A stretch of DNA of 64,000 nucleotides, taken from assembly GCA_013239625.1 (NCBI GenBank), contig MU053557.1, forward strand, positions 5,467,842 through 5,531,841, in the 5' to 3' direction. A program made the position numbers and the translations under genes. Each line of letters starts with the position of its first letter. Position 1 is the first letter of the stretch. A model generated the notes under the pieces. It ran no database searches. It was not told where the DNA came from and was given only the letters and a program-made list of their open reading frames with translations. This document shows positions 1 to 13,500 of the stretch, piece by piece. Origin of the DNA: Lama guanicoe. Taxonomy: Eukaryota.

Positions 1-3000
1 GAGGTGCGTGGTAGGGGTGCTGGGGCCAGGCACCCGCCCCTGCCCAGTACCCCCCTTCACTTCCCCCACGGCCTGATTAGGGGGTGGGGGATGTTAAAAT
101 AGCTGAGCGCCAGCCATGAGCGGGACTGATGGGGATGGACAAATGGGAGTGGGGGCTTCGGCAAACCGAGCCCTCATCTGTGGGCTCCACACGGAAGCAG
201 CCTCCGGAGCCAGCAGGGGCACGCTGGTTTCCTTCCAGTGCTCCTGCCCTGCTGCGCCCACCACCTGCTTCCTCCCCACCCCCCTCAGTCCTTCTGCAGC
301 TTCAGCTTCCACGCTCGACCCCAGGCTGCCCCTCAGCCGCGCACAAGGAAGGCAAAGGCAAGGAGGGAGGAAATGGGAGACCTGAGGGACATGGAGGTGG
401 GGTAGAAGCTGGCATGAGAGGGGAAGCCAAGTCTATGTGTTCCTGGGGCCCTGGGCCCAGACCTCAGCCCCTCTCCACCTTGTCCTGTGGGGTTGGACCT
501 CCCAGCCAAGCTGCACCTGTATGGGGAGGGAGAGTGTTGGGGGAAGTTTTCTGGCTTTTGGCTTAAAAGTACGCGTCTTAGCCAAGGAGTCAGAACTCCT
601 GGGTACTGTTTCTGCAGATGCCACTTACCCTGTGACTTTGGGCAAGTCCATTCTCTAACCTGGGCCATGGCGGGTCCATCCCCAGTGTGAGGCAGGAAAG
701 TAGGCCCAGAGTCCTGAGAGGTGGGGAGATGCTGTGAACTCACAGGGGCTGGTGTTGTTGGCCAGCTCCCTCCAATTGCCACCCCCTCCTCCGCCATTCA
801 TTCAAGCTCTCTACCCTTGGGCAGCTGAACCACTGTGATGGTTCTTTTTATTCGCTGACATGTGTGACTTCTTGGGGTCGTTTGTGGGTCTCTTGGGTCT
901 TCTTGAGTCCTATCCCTGTTCTTTCCCATCTACTCTCTCCCTTTCGCTCCCTTCCCACAAGGGCCCCTGCCCCTCTCTGGCACAGGGCTGCTCCTTATGT
1001 CAATAGCCGTGTTTTGTGAGGCCTTAGCTCATGTATTCCTCCAACAATTCTGGGGCCCAGGTCTTATTATCCCCACTTTATAGACAAGGAAATGGAGGCA
1101 CAAAGGCGTGCAGCTTACTGCTCTCCTGAAGGTGGGCTGAGCAACCTAGGACCAACAGGGCAGGGGTGGGGCCACCTGGCCTCAGGGTCCCCTCCCTCGG
1201 TCTCTAGGACAAGGGGGCAGGGAGTGAGGAAGTGCCAGGTACAGCAAAGGAGCAGCATTGTTCAGAGATGAGCACCAGACTGAGAACTGAGGCTCTGGAT
1301 CCTGATTGTGCTCTGCTCTGACCTTAATTTGCCGTTTGACCTTGGGCTCACCCCTTCCCTCTCTGAAACTCACTTTCCTCATCTGCACAATGATGAAGTC
1401 AGACTCCAGATTCGTATTGTCTCTCTCATCCTGAAGAAAGTATGAGAGCCTTGGCTTGAGAGGTCCTACCTATTCTAGGCCTGCTGCTGCTGGTGACCTA
1501 CATCTGCTGGTCCCTAAAAGGGGGGGGGGTGCAGGTGTTGCAAACTCAGATGTGTGTTCCTGTGTGAGTCTGGGTGGGAGTGGGAGGATCAGGGTGGGAG
1601 CCTCAGACCCAGGCAGAAGTGTGAAGCAACTCATTAAGCTTCCAGCCCTTCCCTGTTGATTTGGTTGCTTTCCTCTGTCTCTCAGTTCCTTCCTCTCTAT
1701 GCCAGCCTCCTGGGATTTACCCCACAATGGGGTTCAGATTGGCTTAGCTTTGGAGGACCCCATCCCCTGTCCCTGGAGCAGGAGCAGGAGCAGGCTTCCC
1801 TCTGATTGGGGTGGAGGGGGACAGAAGAGCTGGCAGCATCCTGCTCTTGGAACTCTTTTGTCACCATGGAAACAGAGAGCCAGGACCACTCTGTGAACAC
1901 AGAAAGGGCAGTAGCTTCTCAGGGGGGGATCAGAGGAACCTCATTATCAGGCCCTCCTGCCAGCTGGCCTGAATGGGACTGGGGGGTTCACAGGGTGACA
2001 GGCCTGCCTCCCCACCCCATACCAGGGGCCAGTTTCAACTGGCTACCCCATCCTATTGGAGTTTACCTGGGAGGGAGTGGCTCCAGAGAGCTGATGCTCA
2101 ACTAGCTGGAGAGGAAGCCTTGGAGACAGGGCATCAGGGGGAAGGGGTGGGTTTCATAGAGGTCTAGGAGCTGCTGCTACCCTCAAGCCAGAAGGTCTGA
2201 GATCACAGCTAAAGAACCACTAATAAGATATTTGTTTCAACCCTTGGAGTTACTTGAAAAGCAGCTTTTTTCCACTCTCCATTGTCACCATCACCCATAA
2301 TCATGCCAGGATGCCCCCATCACTGCTCCTCTGGCCAATAACCAGCCTCAGGTGGGATCACCACCATGGTTGTCACCATTACTGAGAGTCAGCCCAACGC
2401 TGTCACCACATCCTGCCACCTGAGCCCATTGCTCTGACTGTCACCACAGCCAGACACCTCCAGTCCTGTGACACTAGGACTCTCACCATCTTCATCCCAG
2501 CAAGGCTCATATGACAACTCCCCAGCAAAGTTTCCTCTGTCACCACCTGATTTGTGTATAGATACCTACTTGGGCTGATGCCAGGAAGGGCAATTTTAGG
2601 GGATAAAACAGATCTGGGAGTAGCTGTTTGCTGAGTCCTGTGCTTGGATCTGATCTGGTCCTCGATCACCGCAGTGAATTCTCCTTGGTACATCTTGCCT
2701 CACAGACCATCAGAGCCTGAAGACTGTTAGGTAAAGATTATCTAGACCTGCGTTTCCACCAAGTATGTCGTGACGTGCTACTCCTTGAAGCCTTTTTCTT
2801 AAATAGAATTGGAGAATACTGCCTTTTCTAGTCCCTATTTGGAGTCACAGTGTATATTGGTCCATTAAAGGATCCGACAAGTCCTGCAGCAAAGAAACCT
2901 GTTTTACCTTGTGATAACCCAGCTTTTCCCAAACTTTTTTGATTCAAGAATCCTTTGTGTAATCAAACACCCACGAACATTTTAAGGGATGTGTTTCCTA

Positions 3001-3869
3001 AAGTTGCGCAGTGAATTGGCACAGACCTGGGACGAGGATCGTGGTTTCCTGAGGCCCAGTCCAGTGGAATCACTGTTTGCCCACAACCGTTCCTCAGCAG
3101 GAAGTGGCGGGGGGTGGGGGGATCTTTCTCCTCTCTGAAAACCGTGGATGTTGTTTGATAATTGGCCTTCTTTGCAGCCCCGTCCTTCTCTGCCACGGGG
3201 CATGGCTTTCAGAAACAAGCAGGAAAAGTGTAGCTGCCCCTTTCGCCTTCCCTGCTCTGGAGTCACTTCTGGGAACTGCTGTCTGAATTTTAGACAGTCA
3301 TCCTGGTATCTCTGGGCTTCCTTCTGCGCCCTAAGCTCAGACAGCTCACGGACATGCTAACTCACATCTCTCAGGCCAGGATTCTAAGCCCTAGAGGAAA
3401 GCCTCCATCTTCCAGCCCCAACCTAAGAGAGAATGCCCACTGGACTTCCCCACCCTCCTCCAATCCCAGGAGGGGACCTTAGGGACATCTGGTTCCCGTT
3501 CCCCTCAGTGCGTGCATCTCTCCTCCAGTGATAGGAAGATAGCTTTCTGGGACACATCAGGGCTTCAATAGCTGCTTCCTGCTCGTGAATTAAAATCCAC
3601 AGTCCTCAGTAGGCCTCCTGGAGCCACACAGCATAAATCTAACCCCAGGGGAGCCCACATTCCTTCCATGTCCCATTCTTTCTAAGTTAAGGGCCCGCGC
3701 TGCTTCCTTTTGTCCTCCTATAACCACTTTTCCTGAACACCCTCCAGTCCTGCTCCCTGGCCTGTGCGCATGCTCCAAACTGCCTGTATCTTTCTTAAAA
3801 TCTGGTGCCGGAATGGAGTAGCCGAACTCCAGCATGGGTGGTTGAATACCTTGGCTTCAGCACCAGGAA

Positions 3870-4060
3870 GCTCTGGGCTGGAGACCTGGCTCTCTCACTC
3901 GCTAGCCTTGTAAAAGCTGTGGGTGTATCATGACACCTCTTTGAGCCTCAGTTTCCCTTAGGTGAGTACTTAGCTCAGAGAGTTGTTTTGGGAATGAAAT
4001 CAGGTAAAATATTTAGTGCAGTGAGCACATAGTAAGTGCTCAATACATGGGAACTGTTAC
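3870..4060 (+). mobile_element. MIR SINE
   Basis: GAGCCTCAGTTTCCC core and CACATAGTAAGTGCTCAATA tail; approximate. Confidence 0.6.
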
Positions 4061-4366
4061 TAAGATCATCATCAAAATAGGACCATCCCTTGGTTTGACC
4101 TTTGTGTTCGCCAGACTAAGACCAAGATGGCCTTCTTAGTGCCTGAGCCACCCTGCTGGTCTCATAAGTTTGTGGTCACCTAAAACCCCAAGAAGCTCCT
4201 GCCTATTAACCTGTCAGCCCAGGTGAGAGCAGTTGATTGTTTGAACCAGTGGATTTCTTTGCATTTGGCCCTATTGATTCCATATTCTTGTTTTGGGGGG
4301 GGGTGGTCACAGTTCCAGCCTGGCCTCACCTTTCTCCCTCACCCCTTTGGTCTCTCTTACTGGCAG

Positions 4367-4550
4367 CCCGACACCCCAGACCTGCTGATGACCCCCAGTG
4401 ACCAGGGCGATGTAGACCTGGATGCGGACTTCACGGCAGATCGGGGCAACTGGACAGGCAAGCTGGACTTCCTGCTGTCCTGCATCGGCTACTGTGTAGG
4501 CCTGGGGAACGTCTGGCGTTTCCCCTATCGCGCCTACACCAACGGAGGAG
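4367..4550 (+). CDS. SLC6A7: SLC6A7 exon 2 ([10 protein letters not shown]...AYTNGG)
   Basis: tggcag|CCC acceptor, GAG|gtatgc donor; TM1 motif. Confidence 0.96.
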
Positions 4551-7500
4551 GTATGCGCCTGACGCCCTGCTTGACGGATGTCTAGGCTAGTGGGCCAAGA
4601 TTCAGGGTCCCTCCCTCTCTCATTCCCAGCACGGATACTCACACGGTTATCTCCCTAAGCCTTGGCACTTCCTGGGCCCCGAGTGATGGGCAGGGGGGCT
4701 GCCTCTGCTTTGTGATGAAGGGCTGTATCTGCCTATCAGTGATGACTGCGCTCTCAACATTCTCCCATCCCCTCCTCTCCTGCCTTACCTCGTCTGGAAC
4801 CTTGCTCCATCAATCAGTTATTCCTGCTCTAGAATCTTCAATCTAGCCTCCTCTCTTGGTTCCTTCCATTCAGGCTGAAAACACAACATCTCTTCCATCT
4901 TAAATTCTCTGTTCCTGCTTCGCCATCACGTAGCTGTGCTAAGTGCTCATGGGATTGAGCACGCACCGTTGGCCAGGCCGGGGCTTGGTGCTTTCCATGC
5001 TTGTCTCATTTAACCCTGATTGCAAGCACCTGGGTGGGTACTGTTTCCCTGATGAGGCAGCGGGGCTTGGAGAGGTCAGGTTCCTTGCCCAAGGTCACAT
5101 GGCGGCAACCCAGCACTCCACCCCAGGGCTGTCTTCTCCAGAGCCAGTGTGCTCCCACCAGCACTCTGTGTCTCCTCCCACCTCTACCAGACTCCTTACA
5201 GAAGTGCAGTTTGTCAGAGCAACAGAAATCCAAATAAGACTAGATGAGGCAGCGACAAGCTGAATTGGGATGACTGGGAAGTATAGGGCAGGAGCTGGCC
5301 TCCGAAGCTTCAGTGATGTCCACGGTTCTCTCTGCCTCCCCCTTCCTGGTTCCTGATGCTTTTTCTGTATGCTGACCTCATTTTTCCCTGGGCCAGGCTT
5401 CCTCCTTGCAGGTGGGTCGGGGGTGGCCACAGACAGCTCTGGAATGACTTCCTCCTCAGAACTGCTCTCTCTGAAGGCATCTATATAGAATCACAGGAAA
5501 GGTCTCTAATTGGCCTGGTTTGGGATAGGTGCCCAGGAAGAGGTGGGCTGGGGTTGGCCAGTGTGCCTGACAGCCCTTCCAGAGCCATATGGTGGTGGGC
5601 AGTTCTGTAAAGGAGCTGGCTGCTGATATGGGAAGAAAAGGGAACGTCGTGGTGGGCACACGAGACCACAGGTGGCAGCCACAAGCGTCTGAGGTGGCAC
5701 TGCAGGGAGGGGAGAGGCAGGTAGACTGGAGCCAGGTTCTGAGGGGCGTTGGATTCTGTTCTGAGGGGTTTGTACTTTCTTAGGCAGAGAATTCACTCAT
5801 CCATTCGCTCATTTGTTCATTCGTTCACTCTGTGTCTGCTCTGAGCCCAGCCCTGGTCTGGGCACTGGGGCTACAGAGGTGAGTAAATCCCCGCCCGCCC
5901 CCTTGGCCCTCAGTGATGTCCTGGCGTAGAAGATGGCCGTCCTGCAGTGCACAGCCCCAGTCCAGGGGAGAAGTGGTGTGTGTGCCGGTCAGGCGCAGGG
6001 CGGGGCTAGAGCTGGGCTCTGTGGGAGCCGACCCCCCTGAGACCCTCCTTGCCTTCCCCTCTTCTCGCAGGCGCCTTCCTCGTGCCCTACTTCCTGATGC
6101 TGGCCATCTGTGGCATCCCCCTCTTCTTCCTCGAGCTCTCTCTGGGCCAGTTCTCTAGCCTGGGACCCCTGGCCGTCTGGAAAATCAGCCCCCTCTTCAA
6201 AGGTGAGGCCTCAGTGGTCCCCGGGGTGTTTTGAGCCTGTGGGAGGCATAGAGGTTGTCCCCCAGCTGGAAACCTCTGGGCAGAGAGGGAAGGGGAACCC
6301 AGAAAGAGGGTAGCTTCCTTGGCCTGAGGGCCGCCCCCTGCCCCCCCACCCCCGCCTCGCCCAGGTGCCGGCGCCGCCATGCTGCTCATCGTGGGCCTGG
6401 TGGCCATCTACTACAACATGATCATCGCCTACGTCCTCTTCTACCTCTTCGCCTCCCTCACCAGCGACCTGCCCTGGGAGCACTGCGGCAACTGGTGGAA
6501 CACAGACCTCTGTCTTGAGCACAGAGGCTCCAAGAATGGCAATGGGGCCCTGCCCCTCAACCTCACCAGCACCGTCAGCCCCAGCGAGGAGTACTGGAGG
6601 TCAGGCCCCGCAGAGGCCAGGGAGGGACAGAGGGCAGGAATGAGTCCCCAGGGGGCTCAGCGTGCACCTCAAAGGCCGAGTTCAAGTGCCAGTGTTAGGT
6701 GGACTCTAGGTTCTAATCCCAGCTCTTCACCTGACCAGCTGTGTGACTTTGAACAATTTATTTGGCTGCTGATGCTTTATCTTCGAAGTGGGTATGTTAA
6801 TAGTATTTGAAGGTTACTGTGAGGATTAAAGGAAAGAAGGCATATAAAGTGTGCCATCCAGCCTGGTAGGTAGTGGGCGCTCAATAAATGCTAGCTGGTA
6901 ATAATGATGCTGATGATGACAGTAATAGTCATCTTTTGGAGCCTCAGTTTCCTCCTCTGTACAAGGGGGTAATAATAATCTCTGCTTCATAGGATGTTAT
7001 CAGCCAGTGACTCATTCATTCATTCTTTCAGTCAGATTTTACTGAGCACGGACTAGATCAGTAGGTAAAGCACTTAGCAGAGGCCACGATCATACATAGC
7101 AGGGATCATCTCAGGTTAGTGTAACAGGACGGGAGACTACAGTAGAGGAAGGGGTTGCTGGGAGAATTGCACAGGTAATGCAGGTAAAACCCTGACCATG
7201 GTGACAGGCACGCTGTGAGCCCCTGTGAATGATGGGTGTCAGGGGGGCACTGCTGCCCATTGGCCTGTCCCAAAGCCCCAGTTTATGGTTGAGAAAACAA
7301 GGCTCAGAGGCTTGCTCAGGACTAACTGGCAGAGGCAGCACTGGCACCAAGGAATCCTGATCCCTGATCCTGTTCTGGAACATTCCAGAGTAGCCTGGTC
7401 CCTAGGTAGGGAGCCTTGGCTGACCAGAGAACACAGATCGTACACTTCCAACAGTTTCCCTGCAAAAGGCTGCTCTTAGAAATTTTCCCCTAAATGAGCC

Positions 7501-10500
7501 CCGTGTCTTCAAATGTTTTGGTCTCCAACCTGCATTTATTACACAGTTCATTCATTTGTCCATTTAAAGGCCATCCAAAGTGTCTGCACCTGCTGACTGG
7601 TGGGTAGAGACAGGCTTGGGTCTGCAGCTAAAAGCCAAAGAACATGACGTGGTCACTGGCAGCTGCCAGGGGTCTCCATGGAAACACCAGGCCCACTGCA
7701 TCAGTTGGGGAGCGGGCAGGAAGCAGATGGCAATCTCACAGGGCTTCGCTGAAGGGAGTTTAGTGGAGGGACTTCACAGAGGTGAGGGAACCCACGTGGA
7801 AGGATCAGGCACTGGGGACCAGCAGGAGGGACAGCCACCCCTGAGCCAAGGAGGCGAGTGGAGGGACTAGTGTCACCAGAACCAGGGGAGACTTGAAGCC
7901 TTGGAGGAAAGGCTGCCCAACAAGAGCTGTGCTAAAGGAGACGGCAGTCACAGTCAGACCCTTTGGTGGCATGCGCGCGTGCATGCGTGTGAGTATGTGT
8001 GTGCATGTAGACGTGTGTGCAAATACCTCAACCCATCACCCAGTCTCCTGCTGTTCCTTCCCATTAGCTAGACCCAAATAGAAACTGAAGAGGAAGGCAG
8101 CCTGGGTGATGGGGTCTGCAGAGGCCCACCTCCTGGGTGCAGAGCTGGGCAGCAAAGGACAGAGAGGAGTCAAATAGACAATAGGCAGGAGAGCCTTGCC
8201 GGCTGGCCGCAGCTTTACTCCATGTCTATGGAGCATGGCAGGGTGACCAGAGGACACTCAGACCTTCTCTCCCACAGCCGCTATGTTCTCCACATCCAAG
8301 GCAGCCGGGGCATCGGAAGTCCCGGGCAGATCCGCTGGAATCTCTGCCTCTGCCTGCTACTTGCCTGGCTCATCGTGTTCCTCTGTATCCTCAAGGGTGT
8401 GAAGTCCTCGGGCAAGGTGAAGCTGGGAGGCCTTGGAGGCCTGAGGGACTGGGAAGGATGAGGGCTTCCTGGAGGAGGCGGGGTGTGAACTGAGCCTAAG
8501 AGGTTGAATGGACTTTAACTGGGAAGAGGGGATGGGAGAGGACGTTGAGACTGGGGGAGGCAGGCACTGCCCGAAGAAAGATGTGGAGGTGAGGCTGGAT
8601 GGTGGCTAGGCTCCCTCACTAGACTAGAAACATGCCAAGGGCAGAACTTATCTGTTATTCAAGTTTATATCCCAGTTCAGTGCTTGGCACTTTGAAGAAG
8701 CTCAGCAGGTGTTTGTTGAATGCTTGGAGGGTGGGTATGAGTCAGGGTTACTTCACATTCAGTTGGGAAGTCCAAAGTGTCTACTTCAGGCATGGCTGGA
8801 TCTAGGGGCTCAGTTGGAGTTATCACGACTGTCATTCTCTTGGTCTCTCAACAATGCTTTCCTCTAGATTGGCTTCCTCCTTATGCTTCATTCTTTGTGG
8901 GGCTGCCCCTAGCAGATCTAGGCTTCCATCTTACCTGCTTAGTGACTGGGTCTCTCTTGCCCCAGGTTTCAGAAATCCTAGAATTAAGCCTTTCTGGATA
9001 GATGGCTCTTATTCCCATCCCTGAACCAGTCACTGTGGGCAGGAGGGTGGAGTCCTCTCCTTGGCTGGGCCAGGGTCACATGCCCACCCCTGGAGCTGGG
9101 AATGGAGTCAGCCCCAGGTGGAGAAGTCAGGCTACTGTTATCTGCAGAGGCCAACTGGATGCTGGGGAGACAAAGGCGCAGATGCCTGTTTGGATTAGGA
9201 AGGGCCATAAAGCTGTTTCAGAGGGACTTGGAAACCCTCTGAGTGGTTTACTCAATCATTTATAAATTAGAACGTGTCCCTCTGCAAAGTGCTGAGAGAT
9301 GTTGTCCTGGAGGAAGAGAACCACTAAAAGAAAGGCTAGAAAGACAGTGTAGGAACCATTTAGAAAGACAGGAGAGTAAGCGGGGTGCAAGCGAAGGCAG
9401 TGAGGAGCCTGACACTTGGTAGTGGTTGCTGAGGGAGGGGCTGGAAGTTTGGGATCAGACGGAGATGGGGCCGGGAGGAGTCTGGGCATGTCCATTGTCT
9501 GATGACCATGTGGGCTGGGCTTGAAGGGGGGCGTGGACCAGGGCGCAGTGGAGCTAGAGAGAGTGGATGGATAGGGACAGCCTTGGGAAGCAGTGTTGGG
9601 ACCTTGCTGATGGGATGATGTGTGGAGGGAGGGAAGGAAGATGGAAAGAGAGCATCCCGGATGATGGCTGTCCCCAGCTTGGGCTCCCTGAAGGTTGGGG
9701 AGGCACGTTAGTGAGATGGGAATTTCTGAGAGGAGCAGGGAAGAGAGAGGGTCACCCCCTTCCATCCCCACTTGCTGTCTCTCAGGTGGTGTATTTCACG
9801 GCCACGTTCCCCTACCTCATTCTGCTCATGTTGCTGGTCCGCGGAGTCACCCTCCCAGGGGCCTGGAAGGGCATCCAGTTCTATCTCACCCCTCAGTTCC
9901 ACCACCTGTTGTCTTCCAAGGTGAGGCCCTCGAAGCCGGCATGCGGAGGGAGGGGTCAGGCCTGAGCTGGGGGGTGGAAAGAGAGCTTCCTGGGGAAAAG
10001 AGGGGCGGGGGAGGGGAGGAATCCTCCACGTGGTGAGCCCCCTGTACCAGGCACTGTGCTTGGCACTGTGTCTTTTTCCTTCATTATTATTCACAATCCT
10101 ATGAAGTAGACTTTATTCTCCCATTTTACAGATGAAGAAACCAAGGCCCTAAAGCATTAGTGATGAGCTTAAGGTCACATGGCTAGGGAGTGGCAGAGTT
10201 GGGATTCCCACTGAGATCTGTCTGACTCCAAACCCCAAGGAGGGCATAATAGAACCAACAATGGTACTGACAGCTAACGTTTCTTATTTACTAACGGATG
10301 ACTGTGCCTGAGCCTGCTCTAGCACTTGGCATATCGGTAAGTCACGTAATCCTTACCACTGCCCTCTGAGGGAGGTACTGTTCCTATCCCCTCAGTACAG
10401 ATGAAGGTCCAGAGGCCCAGAGAGGCGATGTGGCCTCCCCAGGCTACACAGCTAGAAAGTGGTGGAGCTGGGAGTCGAAGCCAGGCCCCTCCAACTCCAG

Positions 10501-13500
10501 GGAAGTAAAGGGGTTATGTGGGCTTATTGTCAGTGTGCATCTACTAAAAATTTACACAAGGCGCTGCTTCCTTCAGAATTGGATCAAGCTTAGAAAGCAT
10601 CTGCTACACCCTGGATGGGGAAATGAGGCTCAGAGAGGGGAAGGAACCTGCCCAAGTGATGGAGCAGGGCCCGTGTCACTTGTGAGCCAGGCTCTTCACC
10701 GCAGCATCCCTGGACCTGTCAACTGGCTCGTGCCCCATCTCCTTCCTCCTCGGGACACCACGGTGTGCCAGCCCCTTCTCTCTGCCCTCCATCTGCACCC
10801 CTCCCTGCCACAGGTGTGGATCGAAGCTGCTCTTCAGATCTTCTACTCCCTGGGTGTGGGCTTCGGAGGGCTCCTCACCTTTGCTTCCTACAACACATTT
10901 CACCAGAACATCTATAGGTCAGTGCTGCCTCCCAGACCTGTGGGCCCGGAGTCGGGAGGGCCTCGCAGGGTGAGGGTGGGGCCTGCTCACGCTGGCCTGT
11001 GTCTGGACTTCCCCGGCAGAGACACCTTCATTGTTACTCTGGGCAACGCCATCACCAGCATCCTGGCTGGCTTTGCCATCTTCTCCGTGCTGGGCTACAT
11101 GTCTCAGGAGCTGGGTGTGCCTGTGGACCAAGTAGCCAAAGCAGGTGGGCAGGCTGCTCGGCCCTGGCGGGTGAGGGTATGTGTCGAGCCCAGATGGGCT
11201 GGGCAAGAGGGTGTATGTGTGGGCCAGCAAGGTTGTGGGTGGGTGTGTTGAGTGTGCATGTGGGTGTGTGGACACACGACTGAATGTGTCTTAGCTGCTG
11301 TCTGGGTGTCCAAGTGCAAAGGGATGGGGGTGCGAATGAGTATGTGTCTATCTGGGTCTGGAGATAAGCGACTCTCTGTAGGAGGTGGTCTTCTGTTTTG
11401 TCAAGCCTTAGAAGCTTGCCCTAATTGTCCGAATGAGTCACATCCTGTGTGGAGATGCCTTTGCTAGTGAATTGAGGGTTTGAATGGTGTTGTGAGTCAG
11501 TGTCTTTTGTCAGTGGAAGTGCCTGAGTATGTGTGTTCATGGAATTGTTTGTGCAAGTGATTGTGTACATAAGCATATTCAAATGAGGCTTTCTATTTGA
11601 TTTTCTGTTTACTCATTGCTCATTAATTCATTTAATTTATCAGCCTGTGTTTGTAGATCACTGACAGCATGTGGGCCTGTCTGGAGTGAGTGTTGGAACT
11701 AGGCAGTGAGTGTACGTTTCTGCATTTGGCCAAACTAGCGTGCCCAGTGGGTGTAAGCGACCGTGTGCGTTTGAGTATGATTGTGGGGCCCCCGAGTTCC
11801 CCAGGCTGCTGACCCCGTGTGCCCTGGGCCCAGGCCCCGGCCTGGCCTTTGTCGTCTACCCACAGGCCATGACCATGCTGCCCCTCTCACCCTTCTGGTC
11901 CTTCCTCTTCTTCTTCATGTTGCTGACCCTCGGCTTGGACAGCCAGGTGAGCTTGTCTCTGCCAGTGGGTGCGCCTCGTGGTGTGTGTCTGTGATGTGTG
12001 TGTGTCTGTGTCTCTCTGTGTGTATCTGTGGGTGTCTATGTGTGATATGTCTGTGTGCATGATATGTGGGTGATGTGTATCTCTGTGTGTGTGTGTGTTT
12101 GTGTGTGATGCGTATGTGTCTCTGTGTCTGTGTGGTGTTCTCTGTGTGTGTATGTGTGTGCTGGAGGCAGAACTCTGACCCTCCTCCTCTCCTCCCCCCA
12201 GTTTGCCTTCCTGGAGACCATTGTGACAGCTGTGACAGACGAGTTCCCCTACTACCTGCGGCCCAAGAAGGCTGTGTTCTCGGGGCTCATCTGCGTGGCC
12301 ATGTACCTGATGGGGCTGGTCCTCACCACCGACGTGAGTGGCGCTGCAGGGTGGGGGCAGCCAGCGCGGACGGCTGGGGCAGGCACCTGCAGGACTGTCT
12401 GTGGCCAGGCTGTGTGCTCCCCGGACTACCTGCTTCTTCCTCTTGGGAGGAACCTAGTCCACCCCAGGCCCTCTCTCCCAGGGGGCAGCTTGGCCTATGA
12501 CCCAGAATCTTGGCTTTGGAGTCTAAAAGACCTAGGTTCAAGCCTCGATCCTGCACTTGCTGAGTGACCGCAGGACAAGTGGCTTCACCTCTCTAAACCT
12601 GTTTTCCCACTGATAAAATGGGGTCTATGTCTAGGCTGGTTTTGAGACTCAAGTCAGATGATAAGGGGCTTGGCAGGAGGACAGCGGTCACACTGTCATC
12701 ATCTTGCCCTCCCCGCCAGCCTGGCTGCTTCCTGCTCGCTTTCTACCTGGAGAAGGGGTTGCATTGGGGAGTGAGGCTGAGATGAGGGGACCCCAGAGCT
12801 GTGACTTGTATTCCAGGGCGGCATGTACTGGCTGGTCCTTCTGGACGACTACAGCGCCAGCTTCGGACTAATGGTGGTGGTGATCACCACGTGCCTCGCT
12901 GTCACCCGGGTGTATGGTGAGAGGGGCTGTGGGAGGCAGAGTCAGGCTCCCCACAGTGGGAGAATGGGCGTCTACCCTGGATTCCCCCTGTGCTGGGTCC
13001 CTGGTCCCAAGGGCCAGGGTTTCTGGCGGGGGCAACTGGGGTGGAGGGGGCACCGCTGGTGCTTGTGGGGCCTGTGGGTGGGGCCATTCTCCTCCCTTCC
13101 CTGTGCAGGCATCCAGAGGTTCTGCCGGGACATCCACATGATGCTGGGCTTCAAGCCGGGCCTCTACTTCAGGGCCTGCTGGCTGTTCCTGTCCCCAGCC
13201 ACGCTCCTGGTAACCGGGGGTGGGAGGGAGGGCTGCTGGCTGGGGGCTCGGGGCTGAGAGCAGGGCCTCTCTGGGCATTCAGTCTGGTAGGACCTCTGTG
13301 GGGGCAGAGGGGTGGGTTGGGCACCAGGACCCAGGTCTGCTCCCCTCCTCCTTGAGGCCTCTGGCTTCTGCAGTTGTGCTGGGCCCGGCCCTGCGTTTGG
13401 TTGGCAAAATGACTGGGCCTTTCTCGGGCCTCAGGGCAGGGGCCTTGAGGCTATGCTTCTCGGCCTTAGGGTTGGAGCAGCTCAGGGATAGGCCATCTTA

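Noticed and set aside
1..400. SLC6A7 exon 1 or promoter
   Set aside because: No MKKLQ-like coding segment found; probably the start of intron 1
3856..3876. Possible REST/RE1 site (TTCAGCACCAGGAAG)
   Set aside because: Only the left half matches; the GGACAG half is missing and it abuts a MIR
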